From: Escherichia coli
GTDB taxonomy: Bacteria; Pseudomonadota; Gammaproteobacteria; Enterobacterales; Enterobacteriaceae
DNA: 64,000 nucleotides
Assembly: GCF_003018255.1 (NCBI RefSeq)
Contig: NZ_CP027440.1
Direction: 5' to 3' (one strand)
Position 1 is the stretch's first letter. Each line of letters opens with the position of its first letter. The position numbers and the translations under genes were made by a program. Positions 16,021 to 26,063 of this stretch are shown here, piece by piece. The notes below the pieces were generated by a model, which saw only the letters and a program-made list of their open reading frames with translations, was not told the DNA's origin and made no database searches.

Positions 16021-16875
16021 TTAAATAGAGGCTGCGGGTTGCAGACTGACTTTAATGTCAGCTGGTGTCGCGTAATAAGGCGCGGAGGTAATAAAAAGGC
16101 GAATGCCGCAGTCGAGGTAATTTTTGAGTGTTGTCAGATTAATTCCGCCGGTCAGAGCCAGCGTGCAGTGAGGAGCCAGCGACGGTGCTATTTGCGCAAT
16201 TTCAGTTGCCTGTTGCGGATTAAATTTGTCGAGCTGAAGTACGTCTGGTTGCGCGCGTAACGCGGCGATTGCCTCTTTCGGCGTGTCGGCTTCAACAACT
16301 ATTTTCTTCTCGGGTGCGTGGCGGCGTAACTGATTGATTGCGCCTGACCAGTCCTGATTGTCATGAAGAAAATGACGGTGGTTGGCAAACAATAATATGG
16401 TTTCCGCACATCCGGCACGATGAATCAGTCCTCCGGCAGCCAGAATTGCCTGCGAGGCCAGTAAGCGGGTGCCCGGAATTGCTTTTCGGGTGCAGGCGAT
16501 ATTGCCATCAGGGTAACGTTCACGAAGTAACGCCAGCATTTGAGCGAGATAATCAGAAACACCGCAACTCCACTCCAGCACATTCTGGACTGCCTTCCAT
16601 CCCTGATGAAGTGCTGCGGCATTACCCTGCGCACGGATTAGCCGCTGACCCGCGTTCGCTTGTGAACCGTCGCTGACTGCGTCATCAATAGTTAATCCCA
16701 GCGTAGTTAACATCTTACACGCGACAGAAATTCCGCTGACGCAGCCGCCCTGACGGTGAAAAAACTCTATATAGCCATGCTGGTGTCCAATATTTAATGC
16801 TCGCGTGGTCAGGTCACCGCCCTGGATATCTTCCAGAAGTAACGCATCGATTTGTGCCTGAGAAAGGAAAATCAT
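16021..16875 (-). CDS. ModD / NadC-like (quinolinate phosphoribosyltransferase family) protein
   Basis: 284-aa ORF with blocks that align by eye to E. coli NadC (LLEDIQGGDLTT; TRKAIPGTRLLASQAILAAGG..NHR; VEADTPKEA..LQLDKF; LALTGGINLTTL); 4-nt ATGA overlap with the upstream methyltransferase gene. Confidence 0.75.
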   Translation of the reverse strand: MIFLSQAQIDALLLEDIQGGDLTTRALNIGHQHGYIEFFHRQGGCVSGISVACKMLTTLGLTIDDAVSDGSQANAGQRLIRAQGNAAALHQGWKAVQNVLEWSCGVSDYLAQMLALLRERYPDGNIACTRKAIPGTRLLASQAILAAGGLIHRAGCAETILLFANHRHFLHDNQDWSGAINQLRRHAPEKKIVVEADTPKEAIAALRAQPDVLQLDKFNPQQATEIAQIAPSLAPHCTLALTGGINLTTLKNYLDCGIRLFITSAPYYATPADIKVSLQPAASI

Positions 16876-17684
16876 CGCAGTGCCTCTTGCGGTACGCTAT
16901 CCCACCAGATGAGCGCCCAGTCGCGGCTGGCAGGGGCGAGGGCACGAGCATCTTGTTGTTGATACCAGCGATATAACCGCTCACGCTCATCGTCGTTAAG
17001 CGCGCCCAGACTCCAGCTGACGTTCTGCTCAAAACGTTCCCAGGTGCTGTTATCCTGTTGGCAATTTTGTCCGCGGATAAAATCAACGTGAGCATAAATT
17101 CCCATCTGATACAGGACGTTGAGCGCAAAGATATAGTTGGGTAATTCGACCACTTCCCGACCAGCCGCCCGCTGAATGGCTGGAGAGACGAACGAGGTGC
17201 TGACCAGATGAGTCGTATAGACGCGAAGCCGTGCCTGATTATTCAGTTTGCTCATTGCCTGGCGCATATCAGCCACCAGAGTGGAGCGGGAAGCCACGGC
17301 AATATCGCAGCGTGGCAGGTCACTCCAGTCCTCTTCCCAGGCGCGCTGGATCCAGTGGACATTGTCTGCCTTTAGCGCGGCGGCGCGACGGGCGGCAACG
17401 TTCAGCATCCCCTGACTGTAATCAACGCCATAAATCGTCGTGAGTTTGTCCGCCAGCGCCAGCGATACGGTACCCGGTCCGCAGCCCATATCGAATAAGG
17501 TTTGCGCGCCTTGCAGGTCAATTTTTGAGGTCAGTTGTTGCAGGTAGCTGTCCGTCGGCGAGGCGCAATTTTCCGCCATTTTTTCCGCCCGTTGATCCCA
17601 GTGATCCGGCGTTTTTTCTGTGCGATGGGCCAGCCTGAGTTGCTGAAGGTAAAGGTCTGCAAAATCAATATCGTCAATGAGCAT
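16872..17684 (-). CDS. Class I SAM-dependent methyltransferase
   Basis: 270-aa ORF with Rossmann motif I LFDMGCGPGTVSLALA and a downstream acidic motif (VDYSQGML); operonic between the ABC ATPase and the ModD-like gene. Confidence 0.75.
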   Translation of the reverse strand: MLIDDIDFADLYLQQLRLAHRTEKTPDHWDQRAEKMAENCASPTDSYLQQLTSKIDLQGAQTLFDMGCGPGTVSLALADKLTTIYGVDYSQGMLNVAARRAAALKADNVHWIQRAWEEDWSDLPRCDIAVASRSTLVADMRQAMSKLNNQARLRVYTTHLVSTSFVSPAIQRAAGREVVELPNYIFALNVLYQMGIYAHVDFIRGQNCQQDNSTWERFEQNVSWSLGALNDDERERLYRWYQQQDARALAPASRDWALIWWDSVPQEALR

Positions 17685-17693
17685 GATTTTTCC

Positions 17694-18452
17694 TTAGTGC
17701 TTAATTGCAGAGAGGTGATGGTGAATCTGGTCGGCAGAAACCCGGTACAGGGCAGCCAGTTTTTTCGTTGTTAACTGTTCGGTCGGTAAGCCTTGTGTTA
17801 CTCGTCCATCTGGCTCTACCTGGATAATGCTGTCGGCAATGGCGTTTGCATGGAGCGGATGATGAGTCGACATTAACATTGTCATGCCGTTATTTTTGAG
17901 CTGCGCCAGCGTGTCCAGAAGTTGGATCTGATGACCGAAATCGAGGCTAGAGGCAGGCTCATCCAGTAATAACAAGCGCGGTTGCTGGACGAGTGCACGG
18001 GCGATTAAAGCCAGCTGACGTTCACCGCCGCTAAGCGTATTCCAGCGTCGTGTCGCCAGATGCAAAATGCCCAGCTTTTCCAGTTGCTCCGTTGCTTTCA
18101 GGCGTTCTTGCTTACCGGGAACGGAAAAAGCGCCTATGGTGGGGGCCTGGCCCATCAACACCATATCCAGCACACTAAAAGCAAAAATGCCGTCGTGCGC
18201 CTGCGGCACCCAGGCAATAGCCTGCGCGCGCTGGCGATGGCTGAGTGTCTGCACAGGGAGGCTATCCAGTAAGATCTCGCCTTTTAATAACGGTATAACG
18301 CCAAGAATGGAGCGCATGAGTGTGGTTTTGCCGCAACCATTGGCTCCTAACAGACAACAAATTGTTCCTTGCGACAGGGTGAAGGACACGTCGCGTAGCA
18401 CCGGATGGCGGGAGTAACCCAGAGACGCATGACGGACGGCAAGCAAAGTCAC
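17694..18452 (-). CDS. ABC transporter ATP-binding protein (FecE/FepC-like)
   Basis: Walker A GANGCGKTT, ABC signature LSGGERQ and Walker B LLLLDEP are present; start assigned to GTG in a GTGA overlap with the permease stop (the track ORF is extended to 18590). Confidence 0.8.
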   Translation of the reverse strand: MTLLAVRHASLGYSRHPVLRDVSFTLSQGTICCLLGANGCGKTTLMRSILGVIPLLKGEILLDSLPVQTLSHRQRAQAIAWVPQAHDGIFAFSVLDMVLMGQAPTIGAFSVPGKQERLKATEQLEKLGILHLATRRWNTLSGGERQLALIARALVQQPRLLLLDEPASSLDFGHQIQLLDTLAQLKNNGMTMLMSTHHPLHANAIADSIIQVEPDGRVTQGLPTEQLTTKKLAALYRVSADQIHHHLSAIKH

Positions 18453-19429
18453 TGGCGACCTCCGCGTAACAACAAAAACAGGAAAAACGGTGCGCCAACA
18501 AAAGCGGTCAGAATGCCAAGTGGGATTTCTGTTGTTCCAATGCTGCGTGCCAGCGTATCGGTAAGCAGGAGCAGAATCGCGCCAGTACACATTGCCATGG
18601 GCAACAGCTGCTGATGGTTATGACCGGTCAACAAGCGGGCAATGTGCGGAACGACCAGGCCGACCCAACCAATTATGCCCGCTATTGCTACCGTGCTGGC
18701 GGTGATGAGTGTGGCACAGACAATCAATCCAAAGCGCAGACGTGTCACGTTCAGTCCCAGCGAACGGGCTTCGTCGTCGGAAAGCGTGAGTAAATTCATG
18801 CGCCAGCGGAGAAAAAACAGGGGCAAGGAGCCTATGAGAATGATCGGTGCAGCATAGCAGAGATCGCGTAAGGTCACGGTGGACAGCCCCCCCAGCAACC
18901 AGAAGGTAATTGACGGTAACTGGGTATAAGGATCGGCCAGCGTTTTTATTAGCGATATCCCCGCTCCGCACAACGTTCCTAACGCAATGCCTACCAGCAC
19001 CAGGGTTAAGATCGGATCGTGGCGGGTCACCCGACGCGTAATCAACCAGACGCCCGCGACCACCATCAGCCCGCCGCAAAATGCGTACAGCTGGATGTAA
19101 ACAATGGATAATCCCCACAGGATTGCCGCGCAGGCACCAAGTCCGGCACCGGCGGAGACGCCTAAAATATCCGGTGACACTAAGGGATTACGGAACATTC
19201 CCTGATAGGTGGTTCCGGCCCCTGCCAGCGCCGCGCCCAGAAACAGCGCAGCAAGAATACGCGGCACGCGGATTTGCCAGAAGACAATTTGTTCCTGCAC
19301 AGTAACATTTTCTTGACGAAGAATGAGCGCCAGCAGTTGCTGCATATCGAGATGATAAGCCCCACTTACGGCGGCAAAAGTGATACTGATAGCTGCCAGC
19401 AGCAAAATACATCCGTTTACGGTTCTCAT
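18449..19429 (-). CDS. ABC transporter permease (FecCD/BtuC family)
   Basis: 326-aa polytopic membrane protein typical of iron-chelate/B12-type permeases; start overlaps the stop of the upstream binding-protein gene by 1 nt. Confidence 0.8.
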   Translation of the reverse strand: MRTVNGCILLLAAISITFAAVSGAYHLDMQQLLALILRQENVTVQEQIVFWQIRVPRILAALFLGAALAGAGTTYQGMFRNPLVSPDILGVSAGAGLGACAAILWGLSIVYIQLYAFCGGLMVVAGVWLITRRVTRHDPILTLVLVGIALGTLCGAGISLIKTLADPYTQLPSITFWLLGGLSTVTLRDLCYAAPIILIGSLPLFFLRWRMNLLTLSDDEARSLGLNVTRLRFGLIVCATLITASTVAIAGIIGWVGLVVPHIARLLTGHNHQQLLPMAMCTGAILLLLTDTLARSIGTTEIPLGILTAFVGAPFFLFLLLRGGRQ

Positions 19430-20451
19430 TAGCTCGCCACCAATTTTTGATAGTCGGCGTCACTTAATGGGCAATGCCAGAACAGTTGGGCGTAATGCTG
19501 CATGTCACTTTTAAACTGGCGATTGATGGCGGGATCCAGCCAGGCGTGAAGTCTGCGTAATCCCAGAAGACGGTTGATTCCCGGCGGGGCATCCAGCCAG
19601 CCAAAGGGCAGGCCACTTAAAAATAAGATGCGTTGTTCCGCAACCGCTTTCACGCCCTGCCAGAGAGGATCACGACGAATAAAATCTGCAGTAACGGCCT
19701 CCTGAACCAGAATAATATCCGGCTGCCAGCGCAGGAGATTTTCCATGGAAACCTGTGTCAGACCGTGGCGATCGGCTATTTGCGCGACGTTGTGCAAACC
19801 TAATAATTCCGCCGCCTCGGTATGCAACGAACCCTGTAAGCCCGTTTCCAGCCCTCGAGGACCGCGCGCAGCATAAAAGCTGAGATTAGCGGCGGGTGAG
19901 GTGGCGAATGCCTGAGCTTCACCAACGAAGCGGCTGGCGAGATTGGCTTGTTCTGCGGCGCGGTGCTCTTCGCCTAACGTTTTGCCAAGCGTTGTTAACT
20001 GTTCTGCTGATTGTTCCAGTTTCCCGTTAAGCAATAACCAGGGTATTTGTGTCTGTTCGCTAACCTGCCGTGCCTGGGAGATCCAGGTTTCATCCGTATT
20101 GCCGCAATCAACGACCAAATCGGGATGTAACGCCATAAGCCCTTCCAGCGAGAGTGTACTGGCGCGCCCGGCGAGTCGTCCCAGCCTGGGGAACTGGCGA
20201 ATGTGCTCTGGCAATGGAATTAATGCCTGACGGGCAAAATCAAAAGAGGAAAAACCGACCATTTTTTCTGGCGCGACAGCCAGCAATAGTAAATCGGCGG
20301 GCGCGCCTGCGCTGACGATGCGTGTAATGTTTTGGGCTTCGGGAAGCGTCAGTGAGGCCCAGAATTTGACTGATTGTGCAAAGGACGGCAGATGATGCAG
20401 GAACAATGTCGACGCAAGAATCTGTGTAAACCTCCGTCTGGTTAGTGACAT
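19429..20451 (-). CDS. Periplasmic substrate-binding protein (class III, FecB/BtuF-like)
   Basis: Signal peptide MSLTRRRFTQILASTLFLHHLPSFA with a twin-arginine-like TRRRF; start chosen at the Met preceded by AGGA 7 nt upstream; first gene of the operon. Confidence 0.75.
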   Translation of the reverse strand: MSLTRRRFTQILASTLFLHHLPSFAQSVKFWASLTLPEAQNITRIVSAGAPADLLLLAVAPEKMVGFSSFDFARQALIPLPEHIRQFPRLGRLAGRASTLSLEGLMALHPDLVVDCGNTDETWISQARQVSEQTQIPWLLLNGKLEQSAEQLTTLGKTLGEEHRAAEQANLASRFVGEAQAFATSPAANLSFYAARGPRGLETGLQGSLHTEAAELLGLHNVAQIADRHGLTQVSMENLLRWQPDIILVQEAVTADFIRRDPLWQGVKAVAEQRILFLSGLPFGWLDAPPGINRLLGLRRLHAWLDPAINRQFKSDMQHYAQLFWHCPLSDADYQKLVAS

Positions 20452-20463
20452 AAGTAATATCCT

Positions 20464-20482
20464 GATAATTAAAACCGCTATA
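20464..20482 (-). promoter_or_regulatory. Candidate Fur box upstream of the accessory transport operon
   Basis: GATAATTAAAACCGCTATA matches about 13 of 19 positions of the Fur consensus GATAATGATAATCATTATC by hand alignment; a TTGACA hexamer lies further upstream on the operon strand. Confidence 0.3.
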
Positions 20483-20787
20483 TACTTACACATATAGCGA
20501 AAAAGATCATGTTTGATGTCAAAATTTGTCTAAAGAGACGGAATGATTTGCTTGTTGCTTAAATAACACTTTGTTCCACAAGAAAATTGTCAGGGAGAAT
20601 GGGGAGTGGGGGAAAATATAAATAGAGGTGTAATGATTAACAAGTTGATAAAATAAAATTAAAATCTTCTCTAATAAAAGAAAATAAAGGCATAGACCGT
20701 AGAAAGAGTGGTATTTGGTATTTCGTGGTGAAGAAAGAGCAATGCCAATTTTATGCACGTAATGGCATTGCTCGATATACAGTAAAG

Positions 20788-22485
20788 TTAAGGCGTAGGT
20801 TCCGCCTCATTTTGTTTTACCGGCTGTGTTGTTGATTCACTGAGTGGACGCGTCGCCGGAACATTGTCGCACGGTTGCTCTTTCGGGCAGATCAAATCCA
20901 GCATTTTCAGCGTCACGCCATTGGTCCAGCCAAAGCCATCCTGTAATGGATATTCGCCACCGCCGCCCCCTGTTCCGGTGGTGCTGACATCATATTTTTC
21001 CACCAGCTTTTTCTCCCGGTCATAGGTGTGCTGAACATTGGTCAGGAAGTGCCAGCTAATGTCCATCGCCACCTCTTTTTGCCCGTAGTTTTGTAATCCT
21101 TCTGTCGCGACCCACTGCAACGGTGCCCAGCCGTTTGGCGCATCCCATTGTTGCCCACTTTTCACCGACGTGGTGTTCAGGCCGCCTGGTTGCAGCAGAT
21201 GTGTTTTCGTCGCCGTCGCCATTTTGCTGGCGCGATCTTTCGCTGCCGCATTGACGTACAGCGGGAACAGGGCGGCCGCGGTTAACTGATTGCGCACTTT
21301 ATGACTTTTCAGGTCGTAATCGGCATACCAGCCTTGTTGATCGTTCCACAGGTATTTTTCGATCCCTTTTTGACGGGCATTCGCCAGCGTTTCGTACTGG
21401 TTTGCCATCGCGTTATCTCCGGCAGCTTTGCTGGCGCGGGCGAGGATTTTTTCCATTTTAAACATCAGGCTGTTCAGATCGACCGGTACGATGCTGGTGG
21501 TGCGTAAGGTATTTAACTGCTGCGGATTGTCCATCCAGCGCGAGCTGAAATCCCAGCCAGACGCAGCGGCAGAGCGCAGGTCGCGGTAAATTTCAGTGGC
21601 AGGTCGATTCGGATTGCTTTTGGCGGTGGCAATATCTTCCACCCATGACTCTGGTCGTGGCGTATCGCGATCGTCCCAGTAGCGGTTGAGAAGGGTACCA
21701 TCCTGAAGTTTGACAACGCGTTTTTCCTGTTGTCCGGCTTGCAGGTTTTCAACACCGTCCATCCAGTAAGCATATTCTTTTTGCATTTGCGGCAGGTATT
21801 GCTTCAACGCGGCATCGCCTTCATGCTGCGCCAGTAACTCTACCATCAGGGCAAAGAATGGCGGTTGTGAGCGGCTTAAATAGTAACTGCGGTTGCCGTT
21901 GGGAATATGCCCGTAAGTGTCTATTTCATGAGCAAAATTGGCCACCATATCCGCGACTTTATCCCAGTGACCACTTTCGGCAAGCCCTAACATGGTGAAG
22001 TAACTGTCCCAGTAATATACCTCGCGAAAACGTCCGCCCGGCACAACATAAGGTTCCGGCAGCGGTAACAGAGAATCCCATTTTTCGGTATTTTCGGTAG
22101 AACGCGTTAATACCGGCCAAAGTCCGTCAATATGTTCGCGTAGTGATTGCCCCTCTGGCGGAACATATTTCTCGCCCTCTTTCGGCAGGGTGAAATTGAC
22201 GTTAACGAAATGGCGTAGATCAAATCCGCTCTGGTTTTGCTGCATCCGATAATCAGCAAGGATCATCAGCGGATCGCTGTTCGGCACGGCATCGGCAAAG
22301 GTTTTTTGGTCCGGAAAAAGTTTGGCGTTTTGCACATCATTAAACAGCGGCCCTAATAAAATATCAGGCGGCTGTGGCGTTACCGGTGTTTCTTCTGCCT
22401 GCACCGATAGCGCAGCGAAACACAAAAAGATGCAGGCTGGAATTAACGCCATTTTTAGCGGGCGAGAAGCTGCGGGGGATTTCAT
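20788..22485 (-). CDS. treA: Periplasmic trehalase
   Basis: 565-aa ORF recognised as TreA (signal peptide, then [22 protein letters not shown]). Confidence 0.95.
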   Translation of the reverse strand: MKSPAASRPLKMALIPACIFLCFAALSVQAEETPVTPQPPDILLGPLFNDVQNAKLFPDQKTFADAVPNSDPLMILADYRMQQNQSGFDLRHFVNVNFTLPKEGEKYVPPEGQSLREHIDGLWPVLTRSTENTEKWDSLLPLPEPYVVPGGRFREVYYWDSYFTMLGLAESGHWDKVADMVANFAHEIDTYGHIPNGNRSYYLSRSQPPFFALMVELLAQHEGDAALKQYLPQMQKEYAYWMDGVENLQAGQQEKRVVKLQDGTLLNRYWDDRDTPRPESWVEDIATAKSNPNRPATEIYRDLRSAAASGWDFSSRWMDNPQQLNTLRTTSIVPVDLNSLMFKMEKILARASKAAGDNAMANQYETLANARQKGIEKYLWNDQQGWYADYDLKSHKVRNQLTAAALFPLYVNAAAKDRASKMATATKTHLLQPGGLNTTSVKSGQQWDAPNGWAPLQWVATEGLQNYGQKEVAMDISWHFLTNVQHTYDREKKLVEKYDVSTTGTGGGGGEYPLQDGFGWTNGVTLKMLDLICPKEQPCDNVPATRPLSESTTQPVKQNEAEPTP

Positions 22486-22805
22486 CAATCATTCTCCTTT
22501 GGCGAAACCGAATAAAACGGTATTCAAGTATCAGAAAACCTTAGTTCAGGATCGCACTAGCTGCATGATCGAAATCTCATTCTGCGAACGGTCAGGCATT
22601 TTAGAAAAGGGAATTAAAGGGATAAATAACGTCGAAATAGAGTGATCAAATAACGTCTGTTTGTTAGCCAGCCAGCGGCGTTGGGTTCGCGATTAGCGCC
22701 GAAAAAATCATCATGATTTGGTAAAAAATATAACAGGTAGTTAAAAATCATCCGTGCAGAGTAAATAGCCGGATGGCATCAGAACGATGCCATCCGAACG
22801 GTGGT

Positions 22806-24224
22806 TTAACCCTGACGGCTGAAACGTTGCGTTTTAACGTCCAGCGTTAGCGTTTCTTCTGGTTGTATCGCATACAGTTTCTCACCCTGCTGGCAAATCC
22901 AGCCAATCCCCAGTTCACGGGCGATCAGGGCGCTGTGGGATAGCGGACTTCCGGCGCTAAGGCAGATACCTTTTACAACCGCCGGATCCAGTTGCAGTAT
23001 TGTGGAGGGATAGATGTTCTCCGCCAGTAGAATAGTTGGCGAGTTAAACTGCGGGAGTTCTTCTTTCGTTTGGGTCAGGTGGACCAGGGTGCGATGCAGA
23101 AGATCGTCCACATCAATATAGCGAGCCTGTAGATATTCATCATCCAGTTGCTGGTATTGCTGGCTAAGTTCTTTAAGAACTTGCTGCCAGGCATATTCTG
23201 CCGTGCAATGTTCATGCTGAAGGAGTTCGCTTGCCGCCGCCAGCAGTTCCGGATCATCTAACAGTGTATGGTGACCAGAAAAGATTGCGGCAATATCGTC
23301 AAGCCCGCTGGCTTCTGCTTTCGCTGTTAACGTCATCAGATCTAATAACGTGAAGTCAATGGCCTGGCGTAATCGTTCTTGTTCTTCATCCACGGTCAGG
23401 GTTGATTTTGCCTGTACCGTACATAAAACCGGTTGATAATAAAAGGCTTTACCCGAAACAGGCGGAACGGGACGCAGAATAGGTGGAGCAACTTCCTCCG
23501 TTTCACCAAAGTTATCTTCAGCCAGCTGACGGAAAGCGATCAGTGCCTCTTCAGCTTCTGGCCCTTTCGCAATCAGGCGCAGCGTATCGTTATAGCGAAC
23601 TTGTAGTAACGCAATCTGGTTAATACTCTCCGGTGTGACGCATTTGCCGTTTTTCTCCAGCAACATATCGGCATTAAATGTCGATAAGGTATAAACCAGC
23701 CGGGAGGCCGGACGTACATGCAGGCCGTTACGGTTTTTTATGACCACCGCCAGAGAACGGGCTTCTTCATCGTACGAAGGACATGTGTCAGAGATTTCAG
23801 TGTTGGAGGAGGGTAAACCCAGTTGTTCACGTTTGGCTTCCAGCGCATGCATGGCGTCAAAGATCACTTTGTCGATCTCCGCCCCCGAGGCCGCGCTAAC
23901 CGTTGCTGCCAGTGTACCTTCGACCAACGGCGCAGCACACAAACGTACTTTTGCGGCGATCTCGGGAGCCAGCAATTCCAGCGCAGTTTCAGCACTCAAT
24001 AATGCGCTTCCTATATCCATCATGACCAGCACATGGTCGGTATCGGCAACAGATTCGATGGCCTCCATCACTTTGACGGCATCGGTACCAATGGGATTTT
24101 GTGGATCGTCAATTCCCGCGGCAATGGCGATTTTACAATTATCACTCATTAACATCTGACGGGCTAATTCACCGACGCCTTCTCCCAGTCGGCTGCTATG
24201 TGAAACTATGACCAGGTTTACCAT
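22806..24224 (-). CDS. dhaM: DhaM, dihydroxyacetone kinase phosphotransfer subunit
   Basis: 472-aa multidomain protein MVNLVIVSHSSRLGEGV... recognised as DhaM (EIIA-Man-like, HPr-like and EI-like domains). Confidence 0.9.
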   Translation of the reverse strand: MVNLVIVSHSSRLGEGVGELARQMLMSDNCKIAIAAGIDDPQNPIGTDAVKVMEAIESVADTDHVLVMMDIGSALLSAETALELLAPEIAAKVRLCAAPLVEGTLAATVSAASGAEIDKVIFDAMHALEAKREQLGLPSSNTEISDTCPSYDEEARSLAVVIKNRNGLHVRPASRLVYTLSTFNADMLLEKNGKCVTPESINQIALLQVRYNDTLRLIAKGPEAEEALIAFRQLAEDNFGETEEVAPPILRPVPPVSGKAFYYQPVLCTVQAKSTLTVDEEQERLRQAIDFTLLDLMTLTAKAEASGLDDIAAIFSGHHTLLDDPELLAAASELLQHEHCTAEYAWQQVLKELSQQYQQLDDEYLQARYIDVDDLLHRTLVHLTQTKEELPQFNSPTILLAENIYPSTILQLDPAVVKGICLSAGSPLSHSALIARELGIGWICQQGEKLYAIQPEETLTLDVKTQRFSRQG

Positions 24225-24234
24225 CACCAATTCC

Positions 24235-24867
24235 TTACTCTTTTGCGGCTAACGCCAACATTTGCATCATAAACATCACCGAGGTCGCACCGGGGTCCTG
24301 GTGACCAATACTGCGTTCACCGAGATAACTGGCACGGCCTTTGCGAGCTTGCATCGTAATCGTACTTTGTGCAGCGGATTCGGCGACGCTACTGGCAGCT
24401 TCGAGCGCCGCCGGAATAGAGAGATTTTGCTCGCTGGACTGACGTAACGATTCCACCACCGGCACCCACACATCACACATGGTTTTATCGCCAGGTTCGG
24501 CTTTCCCGCGACTGATTACGCCGTCCGCGCCATCGCGGAACATCTGATAAAGCTCTTCCAGCGTCAGGCTTTGCCGTGCCTGGGTCGCCTGTGCGGCGCG
24601 GATAAAGAAGGTACCGAAAAGCGGACCACTGGCACCACCGACGCTGGAAAGTAGCGTCATACCGGTATTCTTGAGAATGAAACCGATATCTTTATCTGCG
24701 ATAGCAGGGAGTTTTTCCACCACTTTGCTAAAGCCTCGGTTCATATTTAGCCCGTGGTCAGCGTCGCCAATTTCGCGATCCAGTCCGGTAAGATACTCGC
24801 TCTCGGTGCTGAAAATATCGCCACAACGAGTGAGCCAGTTAACAATTTGAGTTCTGCTCAGTGACAT
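24235..24867 (-). CDS. dhaL: DhaL, dihydroxyacetone kinase ADP-binding subunit
   Basis: 210 aa from MSLSRTQIVNWL; the track ORF carries a 26-codon N-terminal extension. Confidence 0.9.
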   Translation of the reverse strand: MSLSRTQIVNWLTRCGDIFSTESEYLTGLDREIGDADHGLNMNRGFSKVVEKLPAIADKDIGFILKNTGMTLLSSVGGASGPLFGTFFIRAAQATQARQSLTLEELYQMFRDGADGVISRGKAEPGDKTMCDVWVPVVESLRQSSEQNLSIPAALEAASSVAESAAQSTITMQARKGRASYLGERSIGHQDPGATSVMFMMQMLALAAKE

Positions 24868-24877
24868 TGCTATCTCC

Positions 24878-25948
24878 TTATTTACCCCAGTTAAGGGCCG
24901 GGGTGTGGACCGGGGCGTCCCAGAGTGCCAGCGTTTCGTCATCAACTTTCAGTAAGGTGATTGAGAAACCGGTCATATCCAGTGAGGTGCAGTACGCGCC
25001 AATTAAATTACGCTCGATAGTCAATCCCGCTTGCTGGCAACGTGTGGTCAGGCGGTTATAGACGCCGTACAGCTCAGAAAGCGGAGTTGCGCCAAGATTG
25101 TTAACCAGCGCAATCAACCGATCGCCAGACTGGAGCGGTTGTTTAGTTTGTGATTCTTCCTGCCAACTGCCTTGTTGATAATCCCAGAAACGCAAAGTGC
25201 GATGGTATGAGCCATTTTCCAGCAGGGTGTCGAACATTTCATCGACGGTTTGATCAAGGGAAGAGAAGGGACGGCGGTCAATACCTGGCTCACCATGAAT
25301 GCCGACGCCAAACTCCATCTCATTGTCCGCCAGGGTAAAAGAAGGTTTGCCCGCGGCAGGAACGGTACAGGCACCGAGAGCGATACCTATTGAGTGGCCT
25401 TGATTATTCAACTTACGCCCCAGTTCCGCACAGGCGTCCAGTGAGTCGCCACGCTCGGCCGCTGCGCCTACGAGTTTTTCAATTAATACGGTGTTGGCAA
25501 CGCCGCGTCGCCCGGCGGTATAAAGACTGTCTTTTACCGCAACGTCGTCATCAATGACCACAGTGGTCACTTTTACGCCGCTATCGTGCAGTAACTCGGT
25601 CGCTGTTTCAAAGTTAAGAATATCGCCGGTGTAATTTTTGATAATCAACAGTACACCTTCGCCGCCATCAATTTGCATGGCGCATTCAAAGATTTTATCG
25701 GGCGTCGGTGAGGTGAAAATTTCGCCCGGACAGGCCCCCGAAAGCATCCCCTGACCGATATAACCACAATGCATCGGCTCGTGTCCGCTGCCGCCACCCG
25801 ACAGCAGGGCGACTTTACCTGCAACGGGGGCATCAGATCGGGTGACATACACCGGATCCTGGTGCAGTGTCAGAGATGGATGCGCTTTCGCTAGTCCTGC
25901 CAGTTGTTCGTCCAGTACGTCTTGCACATCATTGATCAATTTTTTCAT
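24878..25948 (-). CDS. dhaK: DhaK, dihydroxyacetone kinase substrate-binding subunit
   Basis: 356 aa from MKKLINDVQDVLDEQL; Dak1 domain. Confidence 0.9.
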   Translation of the reverse strand: MKKLINDVQDVLDEQLAGLAKAHPSLTLHQDPVYVTRSDAPVAGKVALLSGGGSGHEPMHCGYIGQGMLSGACPGEIFTSPTPDKIFECAMQIDGGEGVLLIIKNYTGDILNFETATELLHDSGVKVTTVVIDDDVAVKDSLYTAGRRGVANTVLIEKLVGAAAERGDSLDACAELGRKLNNQGHSIGIALGACTVPAAGKPSFTLADNEMEFGVGIHGEPGIDRRPFSSLDQTVDEMFDTLLENGSYHRTLRFWDYQQGSWQEESQTKQPLQSGDRLIALVNNLGATPLSELYGVYNRLTTRCQQAGLTIERNLIGAYCTSLDMTGFSITLLKVDDETLALWDAPVHTPALNWGK

Positions 25949-26063
25949 TATTTTGCTCCAGCAATTACGGTAGGGCATGGATGATGTTCAACGACACGGC
26001 GACCACTGACTGCCGATGAATCCATTGTGCATCAGGCAAGGGAAAAGAAAATTAGCCCAAATT

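Noticed and set aside
20519-20758. 79-aa minus-strand ORF in the AT-rich spacer between the accessory operon and treA
   Set aside because: Low-complexity, AT-rich intergenic sequence containing the operon promoter and treA terminator; no ribosome-binding site or domain signal.
13976-20787. Search for IS elements, integrase or phage genes, or flanking direct repeats around the accessory operon
   Set aside because: None were found by eye; the operon is not annotated as a mobile element.
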